From Mobula birostris (lineage: Eukaryota), in contig NC_092402.1 of the NCBI RefSeq assembly GCF_030028105.1, positions 79,723,425-79,787,424 on the forward strand: a DNA stretch of 64,000 nucleotides, read 5' to 3'. Shown here in pieces: positions 63,056 to 64,000 of the stretch. Position numbers and translations under genes: made by a program. Below the pieces are notes generated by a model. That model was not told where the DNA came from. It saw only the letters and a list, made by a program, of their open reading frames with translations, and ran no database searches. Position 1 is the first letter of the stretch; the number at the start of each line of letters is the position of its first letter.

Positions 63056-64000
63056 AATTTAACAAAGAGTTGAAAATGATTGAACGGGAATATTTGCTCT
63101 ATTGCATAAAAGAGGAGCGAAGTAACATTCATTCAAAGGTAATTAAAGTTCACTCCACTGCCTGCATACTGTTTGAGAGATAGAATGGCCTCCTTAACTG
63201 TTAAGTTAAATTACCCTTTTATCATCAAAATTTCATCCTGAAAGTGATACTGTCAACACAAACCTGCAAATTGTTGCAGTGAGAATCACTGCGTGAAATT
63301 AGGCTAACAGAATGTTGCAGGGAGTGACAGAATGACAGGATGTGTGGTGGTAAATGAGTTGAAATTTCAAGGAGTTTGAAATTAAAAAGGAGTCAAATGT
63401 TTAAAGACAGCAAGGCTGAATCGGGTAAGAATACATGAAGTAAGAGCGAGAATAGACCTCAATTAGTCTGTCTTGCACCCAATAAGGTGAAGGATGATGT
63501 CTAACCTCCAGCTGGTTTCCCAACCCATCCACATAACTTGGGATTCCTTTAGAGCTACTTCAGCATTGAACATTATAACTGACTAATCAAAGCCTTCTGG
63601 ATATGGAGAAGTGACAGCCTCTTAGTTTGAAATTTCTCCTCATCATGGATGAGCCCTTATCCTGAAAACAATGCCGCCTGTTTGCAGATTCAGCAGACAA
63701 ATGAACCTGCCTTTCTATATCAAACTTGACAATCTCTTTCAAAATGCCACACCTCAAAGGCATCAAATTTCATTCTTTTAAATTTAGCGAATATTCTCTC
63801 GGAAATATTGCATCCAAGAGATAAAGCTGATTAATGAATACGCACCAACTCAAAAGCAAGGTACACCTTGTGCACAGAATTAGGTCAAAACTGCAAAGTG
63901 TCCGTCAGATGTGAACCAAATAAAATGATGATAATTTGCAACTAAAGATGTTTATACTTGCACTCCAAATTCCTGCTTTCTTGTCATTAGCTCTGCACCT

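Noticed and set aside
1-64000. CRISPR arrays, operons or other prokaryotic systems
   Set aside because: The sequence is vertebrate, with spliceosomal introns and LINE/SINE content, and shows no regularly spaced repeat-spacer arrays.

Overview
Eukaryotic (vertebrate) genomic DNA. The repeat content and gene structure point to a cartilaginous fish, probably a ray; this is inference. The window holds a tandem and inverted cluster of intron-containing type I interferon genes with 4 coding exons and all introns in phase 0 (signal peptide, Cys1/29/101/136 pattern, CAWE motif). Order and strand: A(-, exons 1-2 deleted), B(-, intact), C(-, intact but variant), D(+, intact), E(+, intact), a 45-bp relic(+), F(-, exon-1 donor GT>AT), G(-, CAW>CA-stop; exons 1-2 not seen in the window). 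Copies A-F have an IFN-beta-like proximal promoter (NF-kB, IRF-E, and a TATA box in A-E). About 700 bp further upstream, most copies also have a conserved ETS-CRE/IRF-E element followed by a GTGAGT splice donor. This suggests a second, distal promoter whose long transcript would carry upstream ATGs that the TATA transcript lacks. The paralogs are mosaics of gene-conversion tracts. The rest is transposon-derived: CR1 and Rex1/Babar LINEs, an R4/Dong element in a (TAA)n target, solo LTRs, a Tc1 derivative, SINEs and Penelope-like fragments. The last include ~190-bp TSD-flanked hairpin units with a minimal hammerhead ribozyme at the apex. All exon coordinates were read by hand.
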